DNA of 64,000 nucleotides from Mobula hypostoma. Taxonomy: Eukaryota. The notes under the pieces were generated by a model. The model had not been told where the DNA came from and did not search any database. It saw only the letters and a list, made by a program, of their open reading frames with translations. The stretch lies in contig NC_086109.1 of assembly GCF_963921235.1 (NCBI RefSeq), forward strand, positions 21,702,001 through 21,766,000. Reading direction: 5' to 3'. Made by a program: the position numbers and the translations under genes. Positions 49,887-61,357 of the stretch are shown here, one piece after another. Position 1 is the first letter of the stretch, and the number at the start of each line of letters is the position of its first letter.

Positions 49887-50565
49887 TTCCTTTCAATTAA
49901 TTTTATATTTTGGAGTTACAAAGCATAACACATATAGTAACTTCTTGGTCCTCACCACTGGTACTGCAGTCTTTATTCTCTGTCTATCCATTTGGCTATC
50001 GTTATAATATAATGCTTGGTTTAAAGAAATATCTGGCATGTTGAAGGCAGATACTTCCTTGCTTGTAGTCTTCGTGAAATGTCTGTTTGGGATCCCACAG
50101 GTCATCCAGCCTTTGCAGGACTGAATGTTTTTTTTTTCCAAAGTCTTCTCGAGTTTCCGCAAAGACTTTCAAGATCTCCCAGCAAGGCAGCTCTGTGCTG
50201 GTCACCACCTTAGGAGCTCTCAGAGATAACCAGCCTGGCTGAGGTTGGTGAAATGTTGAAAAGAATGTAGCCTTGGCAGTGGTACAGAATTAAATCAAGA
50301 ATAAGCTTTATTCAACATGTAGATTTACATGTATTGGGAATTTTCTGTGGTATGTTGGAGTGACATGCAACAAAAACAACATTCAATGGTTATAAAGGAT
50401 TAAATAAAAATAAATTAGAGGTTATTAAGTACAATTTTGGAATAAATTGTGCATAACTACTAGTATGCATTAACAATATAAACAGCATTATAAAAAGTGG
50501 TTTAATATGTTACAGTTCAATGCAATGGATAGAGGGACTGGGAAGGGTTTCGAATTAGAATGGGT

Positions 50566-51134
50566 AAACACGAGGAAATCTGCAGATGCTGGAAATTCAA
50601 GCAACACACACAAAATGCTGGTGGAACGCAGCAGGCCAGGCAGCATCCATAGGAAGAGGTACAGTCAACGTTTCGGGCCGAGACCCTTTGTCAGGACTAA
50701 CTGAAAGAAGAGATAGTAAGAGATTTGAAAGTGGGAGGGGGGGTGGAGATCCGAAATGATAAGAGAAGACAGGAGGGGGAGGGATGGAGCTAAGAGCTGG
50801 GAAGTTGATTTGCAAAAGGGATACAAGGCTGGAGAAGGGAGAGGATCGTGGGATGGGAGGCTTAGGGAGAAGGAAAGGGGGAGGGGAACATCAGCGGAAC
50901 ATATAGTGAGAGGGACAGAGGGAGAAAAAAGAGAGAGAAAGAAAGGGGAAAAAATAAAATAAATAAATAAGGGATGGGGTAAAACGGGGAGGAGGGGCAT
51001 TAACGGAATGTTCTTGCCATCAGGTTGGAGGCTACCCAGACGGAATATAAGGTGTTGTTCCTCCAAACTGAGTGCGGCTTCATCTTAGCAGTAGAGGAGG
51101 CCATGGATAGACATATCAGAATGGGAATGGGACG
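50566..51134 (-). mobile_element. Penelope-like element 3' end: GIY-YIG C-terminus plus terminal repeat with hammerhead
   Basis: Minus translation SHSHSDMSIHGLLYC*DEAALSLEEQHLIFRLGSLQPDGKN, pyrimidine tract, then TAGTC CTGACAA AGGGTCTCGGCCC GAAAC GTT GACTG. Confidence 0.8.
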
Positions 51135-51799
51135 TTTCTCCTGCCAAAGCTCAGGATTGTTGGTATTGAAGGCTGAACAGAAATCAACAAAGAGAATCCT
51201 GGCATCTGCTGCTGCTTATTTTCATTGCTGTATTGATTTGAGTGAGGTTGAGTTTCACACGCCAGATCAGTTATCTGTAGTCAGCTGTTGAAAAGGACAA
51301 GTGATTCTGTCAACTTCTGAAGAGTTCAGGCATTTCTTCACTGTGTTTCTGCTAGCTCCTGTATCACCCTCATCAAGTACCTTGTCTTGTTACCAATGTT
51401 TTCAAGGTGATGTGAATAGCTGAGCATGTAGTCCAGTATGGCTTCCTAATGTAGTCCATGGGAGCAGGTCTAGAGTGTGACATCAATATCTACAAGAGCA
51501 CACTGAGAAGGATGACAGAAAGCTTGCTCAAGGGGGAAATTATTAAGGAACCTCTTCAACAGCAGGTACCAAGACTGTAAAGCTTTAGAGAGGAAATTCT
51601 AGAGCTGTGAGCAAGACAGCCAGAGGCACCTTCAGCAGCAGAATGATTAAAATTCAATTGATTCGAACTGGGGAAAGGCAAGTATTCCAAAGGATGAAAG
51701 GACGGTGGAATAGAGAGGTCAAGGCTTTGTATGGTTTTGAAAATAAGGTTGTCAACTTTAAATTTGGAACATTTTTTTAATAAAGGTAAGCTTACATTT

Positions 51800-52047
51800 G
51801 GCCGGCTGGTGGCGCAGTCACATCAGCACCGGACTCCAGAGCGAATGTTCCCAAGTTCGAACCCAGTTGGGTTGCTCCCGGGCATACTTCCCATCCGTGC
51901 CAGGTTGAGTGTCCAGCTCACAACTCGGCCTCATTAACAGCTCTGTGAGAAGGATGTGGGGGAACCACTCACTGAATCTTTCCTCCAAGACAACCACTTG
52001 AAAAGTGGTCACCGAGGCTCTGGCAGAGTATGGCACACAAAAAAAAA
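51800..52047 (+). mobile_element. tRNA-derived SINE with TSD
   Basis: Box A GGTGGCGCAGT, box B GTTCGAACCC; head shared with 11374; TSD CTTACATTT at 51791-51799 and 52050-52058. Confidence 0.7.
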
Positions 52048-52267
52048 GACTTACATTTATTCAAGATTCAAGGTTGTTTATTGCATTCTTCAGTACATGA
52101 GTGTAAAGGAGAATGAAATGATTGTTACTCCAGACAAAATGCAGCATAAAAAAGATAAGCATAAAAAACTCAATAAATACAAATGTAAAAGCAATTCTAT
52201 AAAATACGATGTACAAGTAATTGAGTGTGGCCGTACAATATATACATAAGATTAGTGTATATAGAGT

Positions 52268-52796
52268 TCATTCATTATGTGCCGTGTCATATGATGTGGT
52301 TGATCATGGCCTCTTCATGACCATGTTTGTACTTGGCAAATTTTTCTACAGAAGTGGTTTGCCATTGCCTTCTTCTGGGCAGTGTCTTTACAAGCAACAC
52401 ACACAAAATGCTGGAGGAACTCAGCAGGCTAGGCAGTATCTAGGAGTACAGTCGACAGTGCCTGGCCTGCTGAGTTCCTCCAGCATTTTGTGTGTGTTGC
52501 TCAGATTTCCAGCATTTGCAGATTTTTCCTTGTTCATGTCTTTACAAGATGGGTGACCCCAGCCATTATCGACCTTCAGAAACTGTCTGCCTGGCGTCAC
52601 TGGTCACATAACCAGGACTTGTGATATGCACCAGCTGCTCTTACAACCATCCACCACCTGCGCGGATGGTTCCACATGACCCTGATTGTGGGGGCTAAGC
52701 GGGTGCTCTGTCTTGCCCAAAGGTGAACTGTAGGCTAGTGGAGGGGAGGAGTGCCTTACACCTCCTTTGGTAGAGAGTATCTCCACCCTGCCAGCC
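52268..52796 (-). mobile_element. RTE-tailed non-autonomous retroposon/SINE (interrupted)
   Basis: Minus strand GAAGGCAATGGCAAACCACTTCTG...GACACGGCACATAATGA. Confidence 0.75.
52395..52536. mobile_element. Palindromic PLE-terminus insertion with 12-bp TSD
   Basis: Inverted arms; TGTCTTTACAAG at 52383-52394 and 52537-52548. Confidence 0.8.
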
Positions 52797-53314
52797 TGTA
52801 TATAGAGTACATCGAGTGTTTGTAAGTAGACAATCAGGTGTATCTGCACATAAGGTGACTGATAGGAAATGATAAAGTGACGACGTAACTCTTGGCAAGA
52901 GGATATCTTCTAGGTAGCAGAAGGCCGTATGTAACACACAGTAGGACAATGGCTGTGTCAGAGTAGGTATGAAATGGGGAGTGTTAGCATAAAGTGGCAT
53001 TTCAAGGGAAGTTGAAGGCTACTAAGAGGCTGTGGAGAGGAGCGGTTAATGTGGATGTAGTGGTGATGGGGCTGGGGGGGCTCGTAGTGGGGTGTGTTAA
53101 TGACGGAGGTGTTGATCTGCCTGAAGGCTCAGGGGAAGTATAGCTTTACCTTGAAAACCTGCATTTAAAGTATATACATTTATGTCTATTTCCTTTCCAT
53201 CCCCCAGATCTCCTAAAGTGACTGCAGCCAAGGCTACTGTGACAAATATCCAAACCTGACCCAAATGCTTATCACTTCTGTGATAAGTAACATACATAAT
53301 ACAAACGCCTGGGC

Positions 53315-53389
53315 GCACACACACACGCACACGCAAACACACATACACATGCACACACACACAGACACACACACGCACATATGCACATG

Positions 53390-53433
<44 letters not shown>

Positions 53434-53440
53434 CACACAC
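53315..53440. repeat. (CA)n microsatellite
   Basis: Directly visible. Confidence 0.95.
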
Positions 53441-54139
53441 CATTGCTACCCTCTCCTCAGAATAACTCGCTTGTTTTTTTTCCAATTCTTGGAAGCCGTT
53501 CTATTTATAAACCTCACCTCCTTTGCGCACTTAGAAAGAGGAAATTAATTTGCAACGTGTTTAATTTAAGCTTTATGTAATCCCCTTGAGATTTTTGCTA
53601 ATCGTTAGTTGGCAGTTTTCATCAGCTTCAGAAAGAGGCTGAGCTTGATTGGCTTCCCACGGAGAGGTAGTTCATCTATAGCAAGGTAGTAACTGGTTCT
53701 TAGTGACCCTGGATCTCCCACTCAGCTCCCGCTAAGCCTTAGACTGAGATGCTTCCCACTGTTTCGCTCACTGTGGCAAAGACTGGGAACGTAATGCTCC
53801 CTTTCTTTATGCGCACTCTGAGACCTGGCAAAATGGCTCAGTGTCCTACACACCTGAAGTGTGTTCTCCAAGATGTCTGAGCCAGTATTCAGCATCGGTA
53901 TAACACAATCACCTTACAAGCAGGCGTGTGAAAAGCTGGAGGCGTCTGAAAGTTTAATGCACAGATGACTCCACCTAAATTGAGACTTAATATTGAATAT
54001 ATTAAGAAGTCATCAGTATTAATTATTATTTACAATGTTTTACCAGCCATCATTTTGCCAACCATACTTTTGTTATTCTTTTATTCTCTCGAAGGGACAT
54101 ATTTTAACCACACCTACCCAATGATCTTCTCCAAGGATC

Positions 54140-54303
54140 GTTTCCTCGTTGTGGTGGAGAGGCTTGTGGGTCCCTGAGATCCAAAGAGCGATACCATCTG
54201 GAGTTCAGCCATCTGGTGCTTAGCTGCTGGTGGGGTCGCCCATGGAGTCAAGGTCAAAAGGAAGTTTCCAGAAAGAGCGACCAACCAAGACCTCAACAGT
54301 GGA
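54140..54303 (+). mobile_element. RTE-type 5' UTR fragment
   Basis: GTGGTGGAGAGGCTTG...GGGTCGCCCATGG..CAAGGTCAAA; related to the head of the bipartite elements. Confidence 0.5.
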
Positions 54304-54952
54304 TTGAGGTCTGGAACCACAGCCACCACTTACATACATGGATCCCACATCGGCCCCTAGCACCACCTGAAGACCCACCAGTAGACATCCCCAGGAGAAT
54401 AGAATACTCGATTCATGTGATCTCACTATTACCCTAAAATGTAGGCAGGGATATTACATACCCCACTGTTGTTTGCCCCATGTCCCACAGATTTTCAATT
54501 TAATCCTGATCGTTTGAGCAGATGAGACTGTACCTCAGTAGTTGATTGCATGAAACATCCATGGAGTGCCTCTCTTAATACATGAGAAACATAATCTCAA
54601 TGATATCTCAGGGCATTTTAGCACAACTAGAAGATGTGCTTGATGTCTTCATAATTCTTCTTTAATAATACCATTGAGACATCTCTGCCAAAAATTTAAC
54701 ATCGCGTGTGAGTCAGTTCCCAATTCACCAAAGTAAGTATCCGTTTCTGGAAGGATAGATGACTGATAACGTGAGTCCTTTGCTATAGAGACTGGTGACC
54801 AAGAATGGGGTGCTCTCACAGCTCAAGTTGGAAAATCAGAATGGGGAACCCACCCACCACTATAAGAGTAGGTGACTGGGCAAGGAGAGTCGTCTGAGGC
54901 TGGAGCATCTTCACTGTAAGAGAAGTTGTCTAGGACAATTCTAGGACAAGCG

Positions 54953-55228
54953 GGCTGTCCATTTAGAACAGAGATGCAGAGAAATTTCTTTAGCCAGAGG
55001 GTGGTGAATTTGTGGAATTTGTTACCACAGGCAGCTGTGGAGGTCAGGTCTTTTAAGGCAGAGCTTGATAGGTTCTTGACTGGACATGGCATCAAAGGTT
55101 ACAGGAAGAAGACCGAAGAGTGGGGTTGAGGAGGGGAAAAAAGTTCAGCCATGTTTGAACGGTGGAGCAGACTCGATGGGCCAAATGGCCTAATTCTGCT
55201 TCTATGTCTTATGGTCTAATGGTCTAAG
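54953..55228 (+). mobile_element. CR1 LINE 3' fragment
   Basis: PFRTEMQRNFFSQRVVNLWNLLP; tail ATGGTCTA repeats. Confidence 0.85.
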
Positions 55229-56112
55229 ATGGTGTTGGTGAAACACAGCGTCGCCTTACTGGGAGCAAACAAATTTACTAACTACTCTATTAATCACACT
55301 TTTTTTCTGGACAACAATCACTGCTATCAATAGCGTGTAAATTCCCTTTCAGACTTATGCTGTTGAACCACCTGTATGACCTGACATTTTTGTGGTGTGG
55401 AGTCTCGAAGGTGCCGTAAGGTTGCAACGTGGTGGGTATGGGCCAAATCGAGGCAGTGGGGCCTGGGCCAGAGATCGAGAAATGGGCCAACATTTGGCCA
55501 TTGCCGGAGCAGAATTGGAGCTGAGTCAAGGCAGCAGGGCCTGGGCCAGAGATCGAGAAATGGGCCAACGTTTGGCCATTGCCGGAGCAGAATTGGAGCT
55601 GAATCGAAGCAGCAGGGCCTAGGCCGAGAGCAAGGATCAATCCGACATTTGGCCGATTTAAGCGATGGGCCAGACTGAAAAGGCCGGCTACGGTGGCAGG
55701 CCTCGATCCCAAGAACGAGGAATTGTTGATGTTTGGCCAATTTAAGCACCAGGCCAGATTGAAAAGATCGTGATGTCAGACCCAAAGGTGAGGGACGAGC
55801 TCGTGCTCAGCTTGCTGCTCCGTGAGGTTCACTTGTCTCTGTCTGAACTGACCCTGCTGTCTGCGACCAGTGAGCCCCGGAACCGGCTACAGCAATGAAC
55901 TGGCTTCGTGGCTGAGGATTCACTTTCAAGAACTTCAGTCCTGAGTGTCATTTACTTTTTATTGTTTGCATGATGGGTTCTCTACTTCTGCACGTTGGGT
56001 GTTGATGGTCTTTTTTTTAATTGGGTTTCTTTGTTTTGTGGCTGCCTGTAAGAAGGTGAATCTCAAGTATACATACTTAGAAAATGTATGCACTTTTAAC
56101 TTTGAACTTTGA
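55225..56112 (+). mobile_element. Non-coding retroposon with Rex1-type tail
   Basis: Starts AAGATGGTG and ends GTGAATCTCAAG...ACTTTGAACTTTGAA. Confidence 0.5.
55459..55630. repeat. 78-bp tandem repeat (two copies plus degenerate units)
   Basis: GGGCCTGGGCCAGAGATCGAGAAATGGGCCAAC at 55459 and 55537. Confidence 0.9.
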
Positions 56113-56160
56113 AATGAGAGTGGGAGTCCTCACTGAAAGGGTTGATATCTGAGACATCTG

Positions 56161-56410
56161 GGACAGCACGGTAGTGTAGCAGTTAGTATAACACTATTAC
56201 TGTGTCACTGACCCAGGTTTGATTCCTGCCGCTATCTGTAAGGAGTTTGTACGTTCTCCTTGTGACCACATGGGTTTCCTTTGGGTGCTCCAGTTTCCTC
56301 TCACAGTTCAAAGACGTACATGTTAGTAGGATAATTGGTCACATGGGTATAACTGGGAGACAACGTCTCACTGGACTGGAAGAACCTGTTACCATGATGT
56401 ATCTTTTAAT
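56161..56410 (+). mobile_element. V-SINE-like tRNA SINE
   Basis: GCACGGTAGTGTAGC, GGTTTGATTCC, GGAGTTTGTACGTTCTCC...GGGTGCTCCAGTTTCCTC. Confidence 0.8.
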
Positions 56411-56901
56411 AAGTACAGTAGATAAATCATTGTCCTTATTATAAATTAAAGCATCTTTAGACTTTTTGCCTTCTACCCGAAACATCGGCTCTCCTTCTCT
56501 TTCCACAGATGCTGCTTGACCTGTTGAGTGCTTCCAGCACTTTCAATCTTTTATTCAGATTTCTAGCGTCAACAGCTCTACGATCCTCTCTCAATGTACT
56601 TGTTACCTTTATATTTCATTCTTTTTTTGGTATTTTAATCAGCAAAAGATTCATGTTAGGCTGGCAATAAACGCATTTGCTTCTAGAACTGAGTTCGGTA
56701 ATTGCCGAGAAGTGAAGAAGATGTAAAGTAAAGGGGCACAGGACGGTTTTAATCAGGAACGATTGCCTGAGGAAGCTGAGCCGAGGAAATGAGTTTCCCA
56801 GTGATGATCCCAGTGGGCTCTTCTACCTAAACCTCCCTAAGTAGCTGTTAGTAGTTAAAACAGATGCTATGTAAAATCCCTTTGGAGTGTTTACTTGATC
56901 C

Positions 56902-57260
56902 AGGGCAGCACGGCAGTGTAGCAGTTTGTGCAATTGCTTTACAGGGGCAGTGATCACCGATCGGGCTTCAATTCCCATTGCTGCCTTTAGCGAGTGTGTA
57001 TGCTCCCTCCCTCCCCTCGCCCCCCCCCCCACCATGACCACAGGTGTTTCCACTGGGTGCCCTGGTTTCCTCCCACACTCCGAAAACATAGAGTTAAGTT
57101 AGGATTAGTGAGTTTTGGGCATGCTATGTTGGCGCCGGAAGCATGGAGACAATTGCAGGCTGCCCCCACCACAACCTTCTGACTGCCTTGGTCTTTGACA
57201 CAAAACAACAGATTTCACTCTCTGTTTTGGTGTACACGTGACAAATGAAGCTAAACTTTT
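56902..57260 (+). mobile_element. V-SINE-like tRNA SINE
   Basis: GGGCAGCACGGCAGTGTAGC, TTCAATTCC, GGTTTCCTCCCACACTCC, tail GTGACAAATGAAGCTAA. Confidence 0.75.
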
Positions 57261-58098
57261 AATTTTTTTTTAAAACCGAGACAAATGTGCAACTTGCATT
57301 AAATAAGCATTACAATAACAGAGTATTTTCGTGTAATGAAAATCATCCCGGTTACCAGGTAAGCAGTAGAAGAGCTACTCAGAATCACTCGTTCCCGTTG
57401 ACTGATTCATTAATAGAAGCGGTAAGTGTGACAACCCCATTTGCTCCCTGTCACCCACCCGCTGGGATCGATTCGCTGGCCTTGAGATAACTCATCAATC
57501 TCTGAAGCCAACCTTGACGTCCATGTCAATTGGCTCTCAATAGATTCCTGCAGCGAGCTCAGCTGGGCAAAAGATTATTGTGAATTGCAGCGGGTTAGGC
57601 TGACACAGTCTCTCCAACTCGAAGCAGAGAAAATCGACATCCATTTCAACATCAAAAGGTTGGTCAGAGAAACAAGGAGGGGGAAAGAGAAAGGAAGTGA
57701 GTTTGAAGGAATCATTGAATTAGACATTCACGCAAATTTGCAGCACAGAAGGAAGCCACTTAACTCATGTTGTGTATCCCAGACAAAGGAAAAGCTATAT
57801 ACAGTAGACCAAAGTAACACACACAAAATGCTGAAGAAATTCAAGCAGCTCTGTTAGCATCTATGGAGAAGGATAAAGAGTCAAAATTTTGGGGTCAGAC
57901 ACTTCATGAGGACTTGTGTTTATGGTTTGCTGTGTAGATCAAACCGACAGTCTGCTTTTCCTGACCTCCACGATACAGCACATCAGCTACTTTTAAATGT
58001 CAAGAGAGTTTCTTCATTTCCAACCCTCATTTCCAGAACCCCGAACTTTTTGAGTGATTTTGTTTATGTTCAAATTGTTTGTCCTAATTGTTCTACCA

Positions 58099-58688
58099 GA
58101 GGTGGAGGAGGAGCTAAAGATGATGTCAGAGGGCGACTTCTTCCATTTCATCCACAAAACAGCTTAACTTCTTCTCTTTAATGTCTTTTCTTTCCTTTGC
58201 AACATGGCTGGAGTCCTGTCGGAGTCTGTGATCTACAGCTGCACTCCAACAGCAGTCCTTCACGGCCTTGGGCTCCCGCTCTGGGAGCTCACCATGTGGC
58301 CTAGCATTTTTTAATTACTCCAGGAGTGGCCTGGAAGCCGTGTGCCTTTAGGACGTGGCATGTGAGCCTGTGGGATGTTAAAGTGTTGGGATGTACTGTG
58401 GTTATTTGATGGATTCCACATCATGGTCTCTTTGCAGGCTTTGCTATTGCTTGCATGGTGGGTGGGGAGGGGGGGTTGATGCTTTTGCTGAGGCAGGTAG
58501 GGAGGGGGGAGGGTTGATGCTCTTCCTGCTGCTTGTACGTGGGAGGGGGAGGGGCAGCTTTGGAGTTCTAATGTTTTTCTGTCATTCATTCTTTGGGGGT
58601 TTTCTTCTATTTCATGAATGTCTGTGAAGAGTAAGAGTTTCAGGTTCTATACTGTATACATTCTCTGATATTAAATTGAACCATTGAA
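58099..58688 (+). mobile_element. Non-coding retroposon (GGAGCTAAAGATG head, LINE-like tail)
   Basis: Head homologous to 46860-47345; ends ATTAAATTGAACCATTGAA. Confidence 0.5.
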
Positions 58689-59029
58689 GCAATTACCTTA
58701 ACTCTATACTCCTCAGTGAACCTAAATCAAATTAGTCAACCGCATCCAGGCTTTTCATAATGTTACACACATTGGATAAATCTGTCCTTGGCTCCTTTTG
58801 TTCAGAAGAAAACAGCCACATCTTTGACAAGCTCTGCCCATGAAATTTACCTGTACAACCAATGTCACTTTATTGCACTTTATTTATATACCTGCACTGC
58901 ACTTTCTTGGTAACTTCATCATTATAGTCTGCATTTTTTTTCATTGTGTATATCATGATCTACCTGGATGGCATGCAAAACAAAATACTTTCACTGAATC
59001 TTGGTATACGTACTTGGTAATTGGAATAT

Positions 59030-59535
59030 TATGTTCTGTTCGGATCGCCTCATTATAGGAAGGATGTGAAAGCTTTAGAGGGGGTCCAGGGACATCTACC
59101 AGGATGAAGCCTAGATTAGAAAGCGTGTTTTAGGAGGATAGGTTAAGTGACCTCGGGCTTTTCTCTGAAGAGAAGGATGGTGAGAGGTGATTTGATACAA
59201 GATAATAAGAGGCATAGATAGAGTGGACAGCCCGAGACCTTTCTCGGGGAAGAAATGATTAATATAAAGCAGGCATAAATTTAAGGTATTAGAAAGAAAA
59301 TATGAAGGGGGTGCGATGTCAGTGGCAGGTTTATTTACACAAAGAGTGGTAGGTGAATAGACTGCAGTTTCTTGGTAGAGGCAGATACATTAGGGACATT
59401 TAAGAGACTCTTAGATATAAGGACAAAAGAAAAAGGGAGACTATTTGGGAGAGAAGGGTTAGATTGATCTTGGGAGAGGTTAAAGGGTCGACACAGCACA
59501 TAGGCCAAACGGCCTGTTCTGTGCTGTTCTATGTT
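59030..59535 (+). mobile_element. CR1 LINE 3' fragment (degenerate)
   Basis: TATAGGAAGGATGT, TTTACACAAAGAGTGGTAGG, GGCCTGTTCTGTGCTG. Confidence 0.7.
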
Positions 59536-59932
59536 CAATGCGACAATAATAATAAACCAGTCCAGTCTCCTTTGGCAAATGGGACTAGCTTGATGGACAT
59601 CATGACTGGCAGGAACCAGTTGGGCTGAAGGGTCCATTTCTATACTCTGTTACTCTGCACCCTCATTGATCCATCGCATCCTTCCTATAGAACGGTGATC
59701 AGAACTTGATGCAGCTCTCTGCTATGGCCTAATTAATATCTTATGCAGCCCTAGCATGACTTTGATACTCTTAGATTCTATGCCTCTGCCAATATAGCAA
59801 GTGTCCCTCAGGCTTTCATTACAAAATTATTCAACTGTGTTACTGTTATATGAAATTTGTAGAAATGCACCACAAGATTCTCATGTTTCCCTAAAGTTCA
59901 AAATTTGCTATTGTGTATTTCTCAATTTGTAC

Positions 59933-60396
59933 TCATCATCATCATCATCACCATCATTATCATCATCATCATCACCATCATCATCACCATCATCATCATC
60001 ATCATCATCATCACCATCATCATCACCATCATCATCATCATTATGTGCCATGTCGTATGACCGCGATTGCTCTTGGCAAATTTTTCTAGAGGAGTGGTTA
60101 GCCATTGCCTTCTTCTGGGTAGTGCCTTTACAAGGCAGGTGACCCCAGCCATTATCAATACTCTTCAGAGATTGTCTGCCTGGTGTCAGTGGTCACATAA
60201 CCTGGACTTGTGATGTGTATCAGCTACTCATACAATGATCCACCTGTTCCCATGGCTTCTGTGACCCTGATTGGGGTGTGGGGGGGGGGTGTGCTAAGCA
60301 ATTGCTACACTTTGCTCAAGGGTGACCTGCAGACTAGCAGAGGGAAAGAGAACCTTACACCTCCTTTGACAGAAACGTTATCTTCAACCCACCACC
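59933..60396 (-). mobile_element. RTE-tailed retroposon/SINE with expanded (CAT)n tail
   Basis: (CAT/CAC)n at 59933-60042 followed by a body homologous to 52268-52796. Confidence 0.8.
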
Positions 60397-60639
60397 CTTA
60401 TTTTTTTAATACCCTTCCTAAATTCTTTCCTCTTACTTTTCTGGACTGAATTCCAATTGCTACTTTCTGCTCACCTAACATTATTGCTATTATCAGACAA
60501 CAGCCATCTCCCTCACTATCAGCTACGCAGTCATCTTTAGCATCATACGTAAACTTCCTAATCATGGATTTTACATTTTCTTTAATATCATTCAGCTATT
60601 CCACAAAGAGCAAAAGATGACTCAGAAATAATTGAGTGT

Positions 60640-61317
60640 ATAAAGGGAGGTCAGGAGGATGAATACAGGGCCTTAGTGGAGGACTTTGTTAAATGGTGCA
60701 AACTGAATCATCTGCAGCTCAACATCAATAAGACAAAGGAGATGGTGATGGACTTCAGGAAGACTAAGCCGGCACTGCTCCCTATTGCTATTGATGGTGA
60801 GAACGTACATGTGATGAGGACCTATGAATACCTGGGAGTGCACCTGCATGACAGACTTGAGTGGAGCACCAACACATAGGTTGTGTACAAGAAGGACCAG
60901 AATCACCTCTACTTCCTGAGGAGACTGAGGTCCTTTGGAGTATGCAGGCCTCTCCTTCACAGACATCCCACCCTGCAAAAACTCACTTCATGGAGGTAGC
61001 ACCATCAATTTGTGGGAAACTCCCGGAACTTCCGGGAGAGGTGGGATGTCTGCAATAGAGTAGCTCCTTAGCAGCTAGCCAGCTAGCTTAAATAACATTA
61101 GCTATGCTAATGAACGAATGACGCCTGTTAAACTCACCTCAACATGTCCTTTACAGTCTTAACCCACCATGGGCAATAGAAAAGTCACTGTTACAAACAG
61201 TGCAGCAAGCAACACTGTCATTATTTTTGACTCCTATTAGGCAGGGGTACACTTTAGGGTAGTCTGGGGTGACGTACATTTTATATTTTCTTTTTTTGGA
61301 ACACTCTGCCATGGTGT

Positions 61318-61357
<40 letters not shown>

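Larger units (their letters stand above)
47346..49930 (+). mobile_element. Internally deleted LTR retrotransposon (gag remnant only)
   Basis: 5' LTR end at 47415; degenerate gag 47642-48135 (MAGYI.KID, AYSLLRNLTAPTK, LNDALRD); PPT AAGCAGGGAGGAG at 48351-48363; 3' LTR 48364-49930 split by CR1. Confidence 0.75.

Noticed and set aside
52680..52796. HDV-like ribozyme at the 5' end of the RTE-tailed element (also 18741-18900)
   Set aside because: Some local stems are possible, but I could not assemble the nested P1/P1.1/P2/P3 pseudoknot from the copies present
53097..53485. Cys/Val- and His/Thr-rich ORFs (also 11323-11820)
   Set aside because: Translation of (CA)n/(TG)n microsatellites
55290..55785. 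140-152 aa ORFs with internal repeats
   Set aside because: Produced by the 78-bp tandem repeat inside a retroposon; no recognisable domain
59801..60158. Poly-Ser, poly-Asp and poly-Met ORFs
   Set aside because: Translation of the (CAT)n SINE tail
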